From contig JAFTKM010000004.1 in assembly GCA_017453245.1 (NCBI GenBank), forward strand, positions 44,964-108,963: 64,000 bases of DNA, in the 5' to 3' direction. The notes below the pieces were generated by a model that was not told the DNA's origin, searched no databases, and saw nothing but the letters and a program-made list of their open reading frames with translations. Source of the DNA: Clostridia bacterium (GTDB taxonomy: Bacteria; Bacillota; Clostridia; Oscillospirales; CAG-272). Of the stretch, positions 20,800 through 30,440 are shown in pieces; positions within the stretch are counted from its first letter, which is position 1; each line of letters begins with the position of its first letter. The position numbers and the translations under genes were made by a program.

Positions 20800-21918
20800 T
20801 TATTTGCCCTCTTCCTTGGAGAGTTGCTTAAGATAAGCGTTGATAAATCCGTCGATATTACCGTCCATAACCGAGTCGATATTACCGTCCTCGAAGCCGG
20901 TTCTCGTATCCTTTGCGAGAGTGTAGGGCATAAAGACGTAGCTTCGGATCTGGCTGCCCCACTCGATGTTTGCCTTGTTGCCCTGGATATCCTCTATCCT
21001 GTCGAGATTCTCGCGGATCTTTATCTCCATGAGCTTTGCCTTAAGCATCTTGAGTGCAGTCTCCTTGTTCTGGAGCTGGCTTCTTTCTGTCTGACAACCA
21101 ACCACGATACCCGTGGGCTTGTGCACGATACGGATAGCCGAGTCGGTCTTGTTGATGTGCTGACCGCCCGCACCCGATGAACGGTGAGCGGTGATCTCGA
21201 GGTCCTCGTCTCTGAGCTCAACCTCGGTCACGTCCTCAAACTCGGGCATAACCTCAACCGACGAGAAGGAGGTGTGACGTCTTCCCGAGGAGTCGAAGGG
21301 AGATATTCTTACAAGTCTGTGTACGCCGTTCTCACTCTTGAGATAGCCGTACGCGTTCATACCCTCGATCATAATGGTCGCAGACTTAAGTCCTGCCTCA
21401 TCACCGTCGAGCCAGTCAACGAGCTTAACGTTGAAGCCGTGCTTCTCACCCCATCTGGTGTACATACGGTAGAGCATAGATGCCCAGTCCTGAGCCTCTG
21501 TTCCGCCCGCACCGGGGTGGAAGGAGAGGATGGCGTTATTCTTATCGTAAGGACCGGAGAGCAGAACCTCGATTCTCTTTCTCTCAGCCTCAGCCTCGAT
21601 AAAGTCGGTCTCGGACACTACCTCATCAGCGGAGTCCTCGTCATTTGCCTCGATGGCCATCTCGCAGAGCACGGTCGCGTCCTCGAGCCTTGATACGAGC
21701 TCCTCGTAGCTCTCGACCTTGTCCTTGAGCTGTTTTATCTCGCGCAGCTTCTTCGACGACTTTTCCGCATCGTTCCAGAAGTCCTGCACCATAGTCTCTC
21801 TTTCGAGATCGGCGGCCTTTTCTCTGGCCTCATCTATTCTTAACTGATTGCCGAGCTCGACGAGTACGTCCTCGAGCGCGACAAGTCTTCTTTTTGCTTC
21901 TTCAAGCGCAACTATCAT
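20800..21918 (-). CDS. prfB: Peptide chain release factor 2
   Basis: SPF-type RF2 body with the GGQ motif (SGAGGQHINKTDSA). The frame is continuous with no internal stop. Confidence 0.9.
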   Translation of the reverse strand: MIVALEEAKRRLVALEDVLVELGNQLRIDEAREKAADLERETMVQDFWNDAEKSSKKLREIKQLKDKVESYEELVSRLEDATVLCEMAIEANDEDSADEVVSETDFIEAEAERKRIEVLLSGPYDKNNAILSFHPGAGGTEAQDWASMLYRMYTRWGEKHGFNVKLVDWLDGDEAGLKSATIMIEGMNAYGYLKSENGVHRLVRISPFDSSGRRHTSFSSVEVMPEFEDVTEVELRDEDLEITAHRSSGAGGQHINKTDSAIRIVHKPTGIVVGCQTERSQLQNKETALKMLKAKLMEIKIRENLDRIEDIQGNKANIEWGSQIRSYVFMPYTLAKDTRTGFEDGNIDSVMDGNIDGFINAYLKQLSKEEGK

Positions 21919-22060
21919 AGATTGCTCCTTTTAACATTATCTAGGATATAATAACATAAATTTCTAAAAAAGTAAAGAGAAAAGTAGAAAATATATGTTG
22001 ATTTTTTCCCCATACTATGTTATACTGTTATCACAATAAATAAACAAGAGGTAAATTCCA

Positions 22061-22264
22061 ATGAACGTAACTAAAGATAGCATCATCGGCGACGTAATTG
22101 ATTTTGATCAGAACGCTGCGAAGATCTTCCATATGAACGGCATGTTCTGCACCGGCTGCCCCCACGCGAGAAGCGAGTCTATCGCTGACGCTTGCGTAGC
22201 ACACGGTATGGATTGCGACGCGCTTGTAAAGGCTCTTAACGAGTATTTCGAGTCCAAGAAGTGA
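22061..22264 (+). CDS. DUF1858-like small redox/disulfide domain protein
   Basis: 67 aa with FCTGCPHA and ESIADAC motifs. Confidence 0.65.
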   Translation: MNVTKDSIIGDVIDFDQNAAKIFHMNGMFCTGCPHARSESIADACVAHGMDCDALVKALNEYFESKK

Positions 22265-22959
22265 TGAACGGCTCGCTTGACAAACGTCTCTTGTCTTGCG
22301 CCGACTACGTGAGGGCAGGAGCCGTCTTTGCCGATATAGGCACTGACCACGGCTACCTGCCCATTTTTCTTTTGAAGGCGGCAAGGATCGACCGCGCCTA
22401 CCTCTCGGACGTCAATCCGGGACCTCTTTCCTCAGCCGAGCGCAATGCGGCCGCTGAGGGACTCTCGGACAGATGCGAGTTTATTCTCACCGACGGTGCC
22501 GCGGCGCTCTCGGGCAAGGGAATAACCGACTACGCCATATGCGGTATGGGCGGCGAGCTCATAGCGAGAATTATAGAGGACGCGCCCCATCTTAAGGACG
22601 GGTCGGTAAGGCTTATTCTTCAGCCTATGACAAAGCAGGAGCACTTAAGACACTATCTTGCCTTGGCGGGCTTCCGCATTATCTGCGAGCGCTTTTCCTT
22701 CGACTCGGGCAAGTACTACGTGACTATGGTTGCCGAGTACTCTGGCGAGTGCCGCGAGCTCTCCGACGAGGAGGCGGAGCTCGGTCCCGATTTCCCTCAC
22801 GAGGGGGACCGTGTCGAGTATTTAGGCTTCCTTGAGGGCAAGAGAAAGGCGGCAAGAAAGGCTCTTACAGGCAAGAGCGCGGGCGGATATGAGACCGTCC
22901 GTGAGGAAGAGCGTATCGGTATTATTGAAAAAAGAATCGCAAAATTAACAGGAGCTTGA
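22261..22959 (+). CDS. trmK: tRNA (adenine22-N1)-methyltransferase TrmK-like
   Basis: ADIGTDHGYLPIFL motif. Lies next to a Nif3-family gene, as in Bacillus. Confidence 0.75.
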   Translation: MMNGSLDKRLLSCADYVRAGAVFADIGTDHGYLPIFLLKAARIDRAYLSDVNPGPLSSAERNAAAEGLSDRCEFILTDGAAALSGKGITDYAICGMGGELIARIIEDAPHLKDGSVRLILQPMTKQEHLRHYLALAGFRIICERFSFDSGKYYVTMVAEYSGECRELSDEEAELGPDFPHEGDRVEYLGFLEGKRKAARKALTGKSAGGYETVREEERIGIIEKRIAKLTGA

Positions 22960-22960
22960 T

Positions 22961-23722
22961 ATGACTGTAAAGGAAATATACGAAAGATTATGTGAGCGCA
23001 TCCCCGAGGAGCTCAGAGAGGATTGGGACAACGACGGTCTTATGTGCTCGTCCGACGTGCAGAAGGACGTACATCGCGCCCTTATCACCCTCGACGTTAC
23101 CGAGGATATAGTCGACTACGCCGTGTCGCACGAAATAGACCTCATTCTTTCACATCACCCCTTGATCTTTAAGCCTCTTGGCTCGGTTACCGAGGACTCA
23201 CACGTGGCAAGAAAGGTCATTAAGCTGATAAAGAACGATATATCCGTTATGTCCTTCCACACCAGAGCGGACAAGGTAGAGGGCGGAGTAAACGATATTC
23301 TCGCCGACATTCTCGGCATCAAGGACGCTGTCCCCTTCGGCGAGGGCTTCCTCGGCAGGATAGGCACTCTCGAGGAGGAGCTCACTATGGAGGACTTTTC
23401 CTATCTTCTCAAGGGACTTCTCGATTGTGACGGCGTAAAGGTTGCTGACGCTCTTATCCCCGTCTCTAAGGTAGCCGTTGTCGGCGGTGACGGTAAGTCC
23501 TACGTATCCGCGGCGCTCAGAGCCGGAGCGGATACCTTCGTCTCCGGTAGAATCGGCTACAACGTAATGGCTGAGGCTGGTGAGATGGGCATCAATCTTA
23601 TCGAGGCGGGCCACTTCTTCACCGAGCAGCCCGTGACTCAGTTCTTCCAGACTCTCTTACATAGACTCGACCCCGATATGTACGTCGAGATAATGGACTC
23701 TAACGTAATCAGACTTATCTGA
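22961..23722 (+). CDS. Nif3-family dinuclear metal-centre protein (YqfO-like)
   Basis: DNDGL...SHHPLIF...IEAGHFFTE pattern. Confidence 0.8.
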   Translation: MTVKEIYERLCERIPEELREDWDNDGLMCSSDVQKDVHRALITLDVTEDIVDYAVSHEIDLILSHHPLIFKPLGSVTEDSHVARKVIKLIKNDISVMSFHTRADKVEGGVNDILADILGIKDAVPFGEGFLGRIGTLEEELTMEDFSYLLKGLLDCDGVKVADALIPVSKVAVVGGDGKSYVSAALRAGADTFVSGRIGYNVMAEAGEMGINLIEAGHFFTEQPVTQFFQTLLHRLDPDMYVEIMDSNVIRLI

Positions 23723-23737
23723 TCATTTATTAATAAA

Positions 23738-23778
23738 ACGCTCAGGGTGTGCACTTTTCGCCCTGAGCGTTTTTTTTG
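23738..23778. terminator. Bidirectional terminator between nif3-like and dapA
   Basis: Stem AACGCTCAGGG/CCCTGAGCGTT followed by T8. Confidence 0.75.
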
Positions 23779-24669
23779 TTACTTTGTTTTCTCCTTGTCA
23801 TATTTCTCGATGACACGGTCGATCTTATCCCTCGTCGCCTTTGTCGGCAGCCACATCGGCAGCCTCATATCTGCCTTGCATAATCCCTTCTGTGACAAGG
23901 CATATTTGATCGGCGCGGGGTTGGTTTCAAGGAATAATGCGTAAATGACGGGTAATAGCTTTTTCTGTGCATCAAGGCTTTTATCTCTGTTATTTGCAAA
24001 ATAGAGTTTACAAATATCCAGGGTTTCTTTGGGATAAAGATTTGACACCACCGATATAACGCCAAGTCCTCCGAGTGATAATACGGGGTATATCTGCGAG
24101 TCGTTGCCCGAGTAGAGTGAGAGCCCGTCTATCCTCGATATACCAACGAGTCTGTCGAGCGAATCCGACGCCTCCTTTATGCCGACTATCCTCTCGTTTT
24201 CTCTGAGTCTCTCGAGCGTATCAAGGCTCAGGTTAACTCCCGTCCGCGAGGGCACGTTGTAGAGCAGGACGGGTACTCCGCTCGCGTTTGCGATTGCCTC
24301 ATAGTGCCTTATCACACCCTCTGCTGTGCCTCTGTTGTAGTACGGAGTAACGACCAGGACTCCGTCGCATCCGAGCCTTGAGGCAAATTCCGTGTGTCTC
24401 ACCGCCACGCGTGTGTCATTCGTCCCCGTGCCGAAAATGAGCTTGCATCTGCCCCCTATTATTTCTTTTGTGCGTCTGAAAAGCTCATACCTCTCCTCGT
24501 CCGAGAGCGTTGCCGCCTCCGCGGTAGTCCCGCCTATTACAAGCGCGTCTATCCCTGCCTCTATCTGCCTTTCAATCAGTCCCTCCAGCGCGGTATAATC
24601 TATCTCACCGTCAGAAAACGGCGTTATCAGCGCGGTTCCCACACCGCGGAATATTTCTGCCTTTTTCAT
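23779..24669 (-). CDS. dapA: 4-hydroxy-tetrahydrodipicolinate synthase
   Basis: GTTAEAATLS, YNVPSRTG and IVGIKEAS (catalytic Lys) motifs. Confidence 0.9.
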   Translation of the reverse strand: MKKAEIFRGVGTALITPFSDGEIDYTALEGLIERQIEAGIDALVIGGTTAEAATLSDEERYELFRRTKEIIGGRCKLIFGTGTNDTRVAVRHTEFASRLGCDGVLVVTPYYNRGTAEGVIRHYEAIANASGVPVLLYNVPSRTGVNLSLDTLERLRENERIVGIKEASDSLDRLVGISRIDGLSLYSGNDSQIYPVLSLGGLGVISVVSNLYPKETLDICKLYFANNRDKSLDAQKKLLPVIYALFLETNPAPIKYALSQKGLCKADMRLPMWLPTKATRDKIDRVIEKYDKEKTK

Positions 24670-24732
24670 ATAGCCTCCTAAAATTTACGCGTATGCACTT
24701 GCAAAATCTTTAAATATGTTATATAATACGAA

Positions 24733-25009
24733 TAGGCAAGAGAGGACAATACGAACTAGTTTTAAAGAGATAAATTTCGCATAATCCATCGGTAAAAATT
24801 CTTATAATATCGTATATTATCTCAAATTTTTGACCTTGTCTTAAGCAAAATTTATTCTCTTTAAAATTCGCAGAACTCTCAAGCTTGAATTTTTAGATGA
24901 TTTTGGTGCTTGGCTCTCGCAGTCAAGTACAACTTTGCAAGAGAGATAAGTGCCGAAAGCGCTGAAAATTCACGCTTTAGAGCTGGTTCGTATTGTTCTC
25001 TCTTGCCTA
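24733..25009. repeat. Non-coding segment bounded by inverted repeats (24-bp arms, 1 mismatch)
   Basis: TAGGCAAGAGAGGACAATACGAAC at 24733-24756 is the inverted complement of 24986-25009. A related arm sequence forms a hairpin at 35150-35186. Confidence 0.6.
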
Positions 25010-25063
25010 CTGTGCGCATTTTCATTTTATGCGCGCGTGCCGATTTTTGATATGTGAGGATAA

Positions 25064-26146
25064 ATGGAAAAGCTTAACGAAACTATTATAAACGAGAGGG
25101 TAGAGACCTCTCTTACCACCCACGATTTTTACTACGACCTTCCCGAGGAGCTTATCGCGCAGTTTCCCTCTGCCGAGAGAGATATGTGCCGCCTTATGGT
25201 GCTCGACAGAGAGTACGGGACAACAGACCACAAGGTCTTCCGCGACATTATAGACTACCTCAACCCCGAGGATATGCTCGTCGTCAACTCGTCTAAGGTC
25301 ATTCCCGCCAGACTCCTCGGCACTACCGAAAAGACGGGCGCTCAAATGGAGCTTCTGCTCCTTCGTATGCTCGATAGCGGTGAGTGGGAGACTCTCGTCC
25401 GCCCCGGCAAGAGGGCAAAGGTTGGCGCATCCTTCGACTTTGGCGGCATACTCAAGGCTACTGTCACCGACGTGGTCGAGGGTGGCAACCGTGTAGTGAA
25501 ATTCGACTACGATACCGAGAAATACAAGACCGTCTACGAGGTCCTTGACGCGATAGGCAATATGCCCCTGCCGCCCTATATTACCAAGAAGCTTGAGAAT
25601 AAGAGCGACTACCAGACCGTCTACGCCAAGGAGGAGGGCTCTGCCGCCGCGCCTACCGCGGGGCTTCATTTCACACCCGAGCTCCTCGAGCGAATCAAGG
25701 CAAAGGGCGTCGGCTACGGTGAGGTAACACTCCACGTCGGACTCGGCACCTTCCGCCCCGTAAAGGTCGACAAGATTGAAGAGCATCTTATGCACGGTGA
25801 ATACTTCCACATCACCGACGAGGTAGCCAAAGAGATTAACGAGCGCCGCGCCAAGGGAGGCAGAATTATTGCCGTAGGTACCACCTCGTGTCGAGTTTTG
25901 GAGAGCGTAAGCACTCCCGACGGCAAGGTACACCCCATCGACGGCGAGACCTCGATATTCATCTACCCCGGATACAAGTTCAAGGCGGTCGACGCCCTTA
26001 TTACCAACTTCCACCTTCCCGAGAGCACCCTGATAATGCTTGTCAGCGCCCTCGCAGGCAAGGAGTTTGTTATGGACGCCTACGAGGAGGCTGTAAGGGA
26101 AAAATACCGATTCTTCTCCTTCGGCGATGCGATGCTCATCAAATGA
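25064..26146 (+). CDS. queA: S-adenosylmethionine:tRNA ribosyltransferase-isomerase
   Basis: [22 protein letters not shown] and VGTTSCR motifs. Confidence 0.92.
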   Translation: MEKLNETIINERVETSLTTHDFYYDLPEELIAQFPSAERDMCRLMVLDREYGTTDHKVFRDIIDYLNPEDMLVVNSSKVIPARLLGTTEKTGAQMELLLLRMLDSGEWETLVRPGKRAKVGASFDFGGILKATVTDVVEGGNRVVKFDYDTEKYKTVYEVLDAIGNMPLPPYITKKLENKSDYQTVYAKEEGSAAAPTAGLHFTPELLERIKAKGVGYGEVTLHVGLGTFRPVKVDKIEEHLMHGEYFHITDEVAKEINERRAKGGRIIAVGTTSCRVLESVSTPDGKVHPIDGETSIFIYPGYKFKAVDALITNFHLPESTLIMLVSALAGKEFVMDAYEEAVREKYRFFSFGDAMLIK

Positions 26147-26153
26147 GCATTGC

Positions 26154-26300
26154 AATGAATTGCAATTTTATTGCATGAATTGAGCCTTGGCTCATGAATT
26201 GCCTCCGGCATGAATTGCGCTATGGCGCATTTAGATTGCAATTCAATTCATGGAGCACGAAGTGCGAGAAATCATGGTGCGGAGCATCAATTCATGACGG
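26154..26300. repeat. Array of short GC hairpins joined by ATGAATTG/CAATTCAT linkers
   Basis: ATGAATTG occurs at 26155, 26175, 26194 and 26210. Inverted copies lie at 26244 and 26288. The segments between them are individually palindromic (TGAGCCTTGGCTCA, TGCCTCCGGCA, TGCGCTATGGCGCA, GACGGTTCACCGTC). Confidence 0.6.
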
Positions 26301-26318
26301 TTCACCGTCAAATCATCT

Positions 26319-26478
26319 GATTTCTACTAATCAGCAAAGTGCCCCGATTGCATAAATCGTCCAATACTGCGTTAAAGCGTCGACTTGTCACCCTCGACAT
26401 AGGTAACTATGCCGTCGGGCTTCGCGCTCGCTTTGCCTTGTCTTGAACGATTTCTACTAATCAGCACAGTGCCTCGAT
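26319..26478 (+). repeat. 30-bp direct repeat pair (2 mismatches)
   Basis: GATTTCTACTAATCAGCAAAGTGCCCCGAT at 26319-26348 is matched at 26449-26478. Confidence 0.7.
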
Positions 26479-26516
26479 CAATACGGGGCAAAAACAAAAC
26501 AAAAAAGGAAACACCA

Positions 26517-27329
26517 ATGGATTTTGCTTGTCCTAAATGCAAGGGCGAATTGATCCTTGACACAAATACTAAAAAATGCAATAATGGCCACTCCTACGAC
26601 CGCGCGAAGGCGGGGTATTACAACCTTCTTCTGGGCGTCAAGGGAGGCACTCACGGTGACAATGCCGAGATGGTTGAGGCGCGCCGCGCATTTTTGTCGC
26701 GTGGCTTCTACGAGCCGCTGGCGGATAGACTCTCCGCGCTTGTTACCGAGCTCACGCCCGTGGTCGGCTGCGTGCTTGACGCAGGCTGTGGGGAAGGGTA
26801 TTACACCGACAAGGTTGAGCACTCCCTCCGCGCTCGTGATGGGGACAGCAACGTCCTCGCCTTTGACATCTCCCGCGACGCGGTGAAGTATGCGGCAAAG
26901 CGCAATCGCAACCTTTCCTTAGCGGTTGCCACCTCCTACGATATGCCTCTTTCCGATGGCTCCGTAGATACCGTTTTCAACGCCTTCTCGCCTCTGGCTA
27001 TCCCCGAGGTCAGCCGTGTGCTGAAGCTCAGTGGCCGCTTCGTGATGGTCTATCCCGGCAGGGAGCACCTCTTTGGTCTTAAGTCGGTTATCTACAAGAC
27101 ACCGTACAAGAATGAGCCCGAGGAGGTGGGGCTTGACGGCTTTAAGCTCCTCTCGCACGAAACCCTCTCATATACCGTAAAACTTAACACGGAGGGGGAC
27201 ATCCGCGCATTATTTATGATGACACCCTACGCCTATCGCACCTCACGTGAGGACAAAGAGCGTGTGCTCTCGCTTTCCGAGGTCACGACCGAGGTCGAAT
27301 TCGTGATAGACGTTTACGAAAAGATATAA
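26517..27329 (+). CDS. RlmA/RrmA-like SAM-dependent rRNA methyltransferase with an N-terminal zinc ribbon
   Basis: CPKC...CNNGH zinc ribbon and VLDAGCGEGYY SAM motif. Start moved to ATG 26517. Confidence 0.7.
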   Translation: MDFACPKCKGELILDTNTKKCNNGHSYDRAKAGYYNLLLGVKGGTHGDNAEMVEARRAFLSRGFYEPLADRLSALVTELTPVVGCVLDAGCGEGYYTDKVEHSLRARDGDSNVLAFDISRDAVKYAAKRNRNLSLAVATSYDMPLSDGSVDTVFNAFSPLAIPEVSRVLKLSGRFVMVYPGREHLFGLKSVIYKTPYKNEPEEVGLDGFKLLSHETLSYTVKLNTEGDIRALFMMTPYAYRTSREDKERVLSLSEVTTEVEFVIDVYEKI

Positions 27330-27336
27330 CAAAATT

Positions 27337-27789
27337 TTGGAGGAACCTCTTTTGGACATTACTCATGGAAAATATCTCGGCGTTGACTACGGTGACAAGC
27401 GCACAGGCCTTGCCGAGTGTGATATATCCGGCCTTATCGCAGGAGGCATCGGCACCATCTCCGAGGGCGGAATGAGAAAGACCGCAATTAAGGTTGCCGA
27501 GGAGGCAGAGAAGCGCTCCTGCAAGAAAATCATCATCGGCCTTCCTAAGAATATGGATGGCTCGGAGGGCCCCCGCGCCGACGTTATCAAGGCGTTTGGA
27601 GCGCTCCTCTCGGAGCTCACCGAGATTCCTATCGACTACTACGATGAGAGAATGACGACAATGGTCGCTTACCGCTTCCTCGGCGAGACGGGGACTTACG
27701 GTAAAAAGCGCAAGGACACCGTGGATACCCTCTCTGCGCAGATAATTCTGCAGAATTACATCGACCGTGAAAGATCGATGAAAAAATAA
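27337..27789 (+). CDS. ruvX: Holliday-junction resolvase-like YqgF/RuvX
   Basis: LGVDYGDKRTGLA motif. The start is uncertain: TTG 27337 (as in the track) or TTG 27352, which lies behind GGAGGAA. Confidence 0.8.
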   Translation: MEEPLLDITHGKYLGVDYGDKRTGLAECDISGLIAGGIGTISEGGMRKTAIKVAEEAEKRSCKKIIIGLPKNMDGSEGPRADVIKAFGALLSELTEIPIDYYDERMTTMVAYRFLGETGTYGKKRKDTVDTLSAQIILQNYIDRERSMKK

Positions 27790-27866
27790 AAACAAAGCAA
27801 GCTGTAAGAGACCGGGACAAGCCGTCCGACCTCTTACTACGGGGTAACAAAGAAAAGAGGGATAAT

Positions 27867-28973
27867 ATGAAAAATTCTAACGAAGCCCCTACCCGTGTGC
27901 GTTCTTTCCTTACTAAAAAGGGCGTTACACTTTCACCTAAGGTCTATTTTGTCGACGCTATGAGCGCAATGGCGCTTGGCCTTTTCGCCTCGCTTCTGAT
28001 GGCTACTATCTTTGGTACGATACTAAAGTACGTACCCGAGGGCAACGTATTCCACGAGCTTCTGTCCTTGCTCTCACGCTACGCTCCCGCATCGGGCGGA
28101 GCAACGGGCGCTATTCTCGGCGTTGCGGTTGCCTACGCTCTTAAGGCGCCCGCACTCGTTATGTTTGCCTCGGGCGTTGTCGGTATGTGCGGCAACGATA
28201 TGCTCACCGCCATCACCGCCGCGGACGGAGTCACAAAGTCGGTCTCGGCAGGTCCTGCGGGCGCGTTTATCTGCGTGCTCATCGCGTGTGAGATCGGCAA
28301 GCTCGTCTCGGGAGAGACCAAGGTCGATATACTCGTCACCCCCGCGGTCACTCTCACTGTCGGTATGATCACCGCAATGCTTGTATGCCCCGCGGTTGCC
28401 TACGTGATGTATTGGCTCGGCTACTTTATCAACTACGCGACAACGATAATGCCCTTCTTTATGGGCATAATAATCTCGGTTGTCGTTGGAATAATACTTA
28501 CGCTCCCCATCTCCTCTGCCGCCATCTGCGCGATGATCGGTATCTCAGGACTTGCGGGCGGCGCGGCAGTTGCGGGCTGCTGTGCTCAGATGGTCGGCTT
28601 TGCCGTTGCTTCCTTCCGCGAGAACAAGTGGGGCGGTGTTGTAGCTCAGGGCATCGGCACCTCAATGCTCCAGATGGGCAATATAGTGAAGAAACCCCTG
28701 ATATGGCTTCCCGCCACTCTTGCCTCGGCTATCACGGGACCCGTGTCGACTTGTTTATTCAAGCTCGAGTGCTCGGGCGTGTCCGCGGGCATGGGCACGT
28801 GCGGCCTTGTCGGACCCATCGGAGTGTTCTCGGATATGGGCTTTACACCTATGTCCGTCTTCGGCGTCCTTACCGTTTGTATAGTCCTTCCCGCCATTCT
28901 GTCCTTGGTCTTCTCGGAGATTATGAGAAGGCTTGGCTGGATAGAGTATGGCGATATGAAGCTTAATTTGTGA
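27867..28973 (+). CDS. Polytopic membrane protein, possibly PTS EIIC_2-like
   Basis: About 10 hydrophobic segments. The N-terminal pattern KKGVTLSPKVYFVDAMSAMALGLFASLL recalls the PTS_EIIC_2 family, but only weakly. Confidence 0.45.
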   Translation: MKNSNEAPTRVRSFLTKKGVTLSPKVYFVDAMSAMALGLFASLLMATIFGTILKYVPEGNVFHELLSLLSRYAPASGGATGAILGVAVAYALKAPALVMFASGVVGMCGNDMLTAITAADGVTKSVSAGPAGAFICVLIACEIGKLVSGETKVDILVTPAVTLTVGMITAMLVCPAVAYVMYWLGYFINYATTIMPFFMGIIISVVVGIILTLPISSAAICAMIGISGLAGGAAVAGCCAQMVGFAVASFRENKWGGVVAQGIGTSMLQMGNIVKKPLIWLPATLASAITGPVSTCLFKLECSGVSAGMGTCGLVGPIGVFSDMGFTPMSVFGVLTVCIVLPAILSLVFSEIMRRLGWIEYGDMKLNL

Positions 28974-28994
28974 TTTAACCTAAGGAGAAAAAAT

Positions 28995-30440
28995 ATGACT
29001 AACTACACTCTTCTTTGCGATTTCTACGAGCTTACGATGGCTAACGGATATTTCGAGCTTGGCAAGGCTGATGAGATATCCTACTTTGACGTCTTCTTCC
29101 GTAAGGTTCCCGACGGCGGCGGATTTGCAATTGCCGCAGGCCTTGAGCAGGTGATCGACTACGTTAAGAATCTCAGGTTTACCGAGGAGGATATCACCTT
29201 CCTCCGCTCGAAGAAGCTTTTCTCCGAGGAATTCCTTAACTACCTTCGCACATTCCGCTTCACAGGTGACATCTACGCGGTACCCGAGGGTACACCCATA
29301 TTCCCCGGCGAGCCTATTATGACTATTTGCGCACCCTCTGTCGAGGCGCAGTTTATAGAGACCTACGTGCTTCTCGCCCTTAACCATCAGTCGCTTATCG
29401 CCACCAAGGCTAACAGAATAGTTCGCGCGGCGCAGGGCAGACCGGTTATGGAATTCGGAGCAAGACGTGCTCAGGGTGCCAGCGGCGCTATTATGGGCTC
29501 GAGAGCCGCATACATAGGCGGATGCGCGGCTACCGCCTGCGCTATCTCGGACAAGGAGTTCGGCATTCCCGCCACGGGTACTATGGCGCACTCCTGGGTA
29601 CAGATGTTCGATACCGAGTACGAGGCGTTTGAGTCCTATTGCAAGCTTTATCCCAACAACGCGACTCTCCTTGTCGACACCTATGACGTTCTGAGAAGCG
29701 GTATTCCCAACGCTATCAAGGCGTTTGATAAGGTTCTTAAGCCCCTCGGCATCAAGAAGTGCGGCATCCGTCTTGATTCGGGTGACATCACCTACCTCTC
29801 CAAGAAGGCAAGAAAGATGCTTGACGAGGCAGGCTATACCGAGTGTAAGATAGTAGTTTCCAACTCGCTTGACGAGGTGCTTATCCGCGACCTTATGCTT
29901 CAGGGCGCGAGAATAGACCTTTTCGGCGTTGGCGAAAGACTCATCACCGCTAAGTCAAACCCCGTATTCGGAGGAGTATATAAGCTCGTCGCGGTAGAGC
30001 GTGACGGCGAGATAATACCCAAGATAAAGATATCCGAGAATCCCGAGAAGATCACCAACCCTCACTTCAAGAAGGTGTACAGAATCTTCGATAACGAGAC
30101 GGGCACAGCGGTTGCAGACCAGCTCTGCGTATACGACGAGACCATCGACGAAAACGAGCCCCTTGAGCTCTTCGACCCCGTGCAGGTATGGAAGACCAAG
30201 ACCGTGACAAACTTTACCGCAAAGGAGCTTCTTGTTCCCATCTTCAAGGGCGGCGAGTGCGTTTACGAGTGTCCCTCCATCCACGAGGTGAGAGATTATT
30301 GCAAGGCGCAGATAATGACTCTTTGGGATGAGGTCAAGAGATTTGAGAATCCCCATAAGTACTACGTCGACCTGTCGAGAAAGCTTTGGGATATCAAGCA
30401 CGGACTTCTTATGAACAGAGGAAAGAATAATGCAAAATAA
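28995..30440 (+). CDS. pncB: Nicotinate phosphoribosyltransferase
   Basis: YELTMANGYF, EFGARRAQG, GTMAHSWV and IRLDSGD motifs. Confidence 0.9.
   Translation: MTNYTLLCDFYELTMANGYFELGKADEISYFDVFFRKVPDGGGFAIAAGLEQVIDYVKNLRFTEEDITFLRSKKLFSEEFLNYLRTFRFTGDIYAVPEGTPIFPGEPIMTICAPSVEAQFIETYVLLALNHQSLIATKANRIVRAAQGRPVMEFGARRAQGASGAIMGSRAAYIGGCAATACAISDKEFGIPATGTMAHSWVQMFDTEYEAFESYCKLYPNNATLLVDTYDVLRSGIPNAIKAFDKVLKPLGIKKCGIRLDSGDITYLSKKARKMLDEAGYTECKIVVSNSLDEVLIRDLMLQGARIDLFGVGERLITAKSNPVFGGVYKLVAVERDGEIIPKIKISENPEKITNPHFKKVYRIFDNETGTAVADQLCVYDETIDENEPLELFDPVQVWKTKTVTNFTAKELLVPIFKGGECVYECPSIHEVRDYCKAQIMTLWDEVKRFENPHKYYVDLSRKLWDIKHGLLMNRGKNNAK

Noticed and set aside
20800-21918. Programmed +1 frameshift in prfB
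   Set aside because: The RF2 frame is continuous from the ATG with no in-frame UGA near codon 25. Non-frameshifted prfB is common, so this is not noteworthy.
24670-25063. Lysine riboswitch (L-box) upstream of dapA
   Set aside because: I could not find the conserved L-box core elements on the dapA strand. The region is dominated instead by the inverted-repeat element.
25022-26155. 377-aa ORF antisense to queA
   Set aside because: queA on the plus strand has canonical motifs throughout. The antisense product is featureless.
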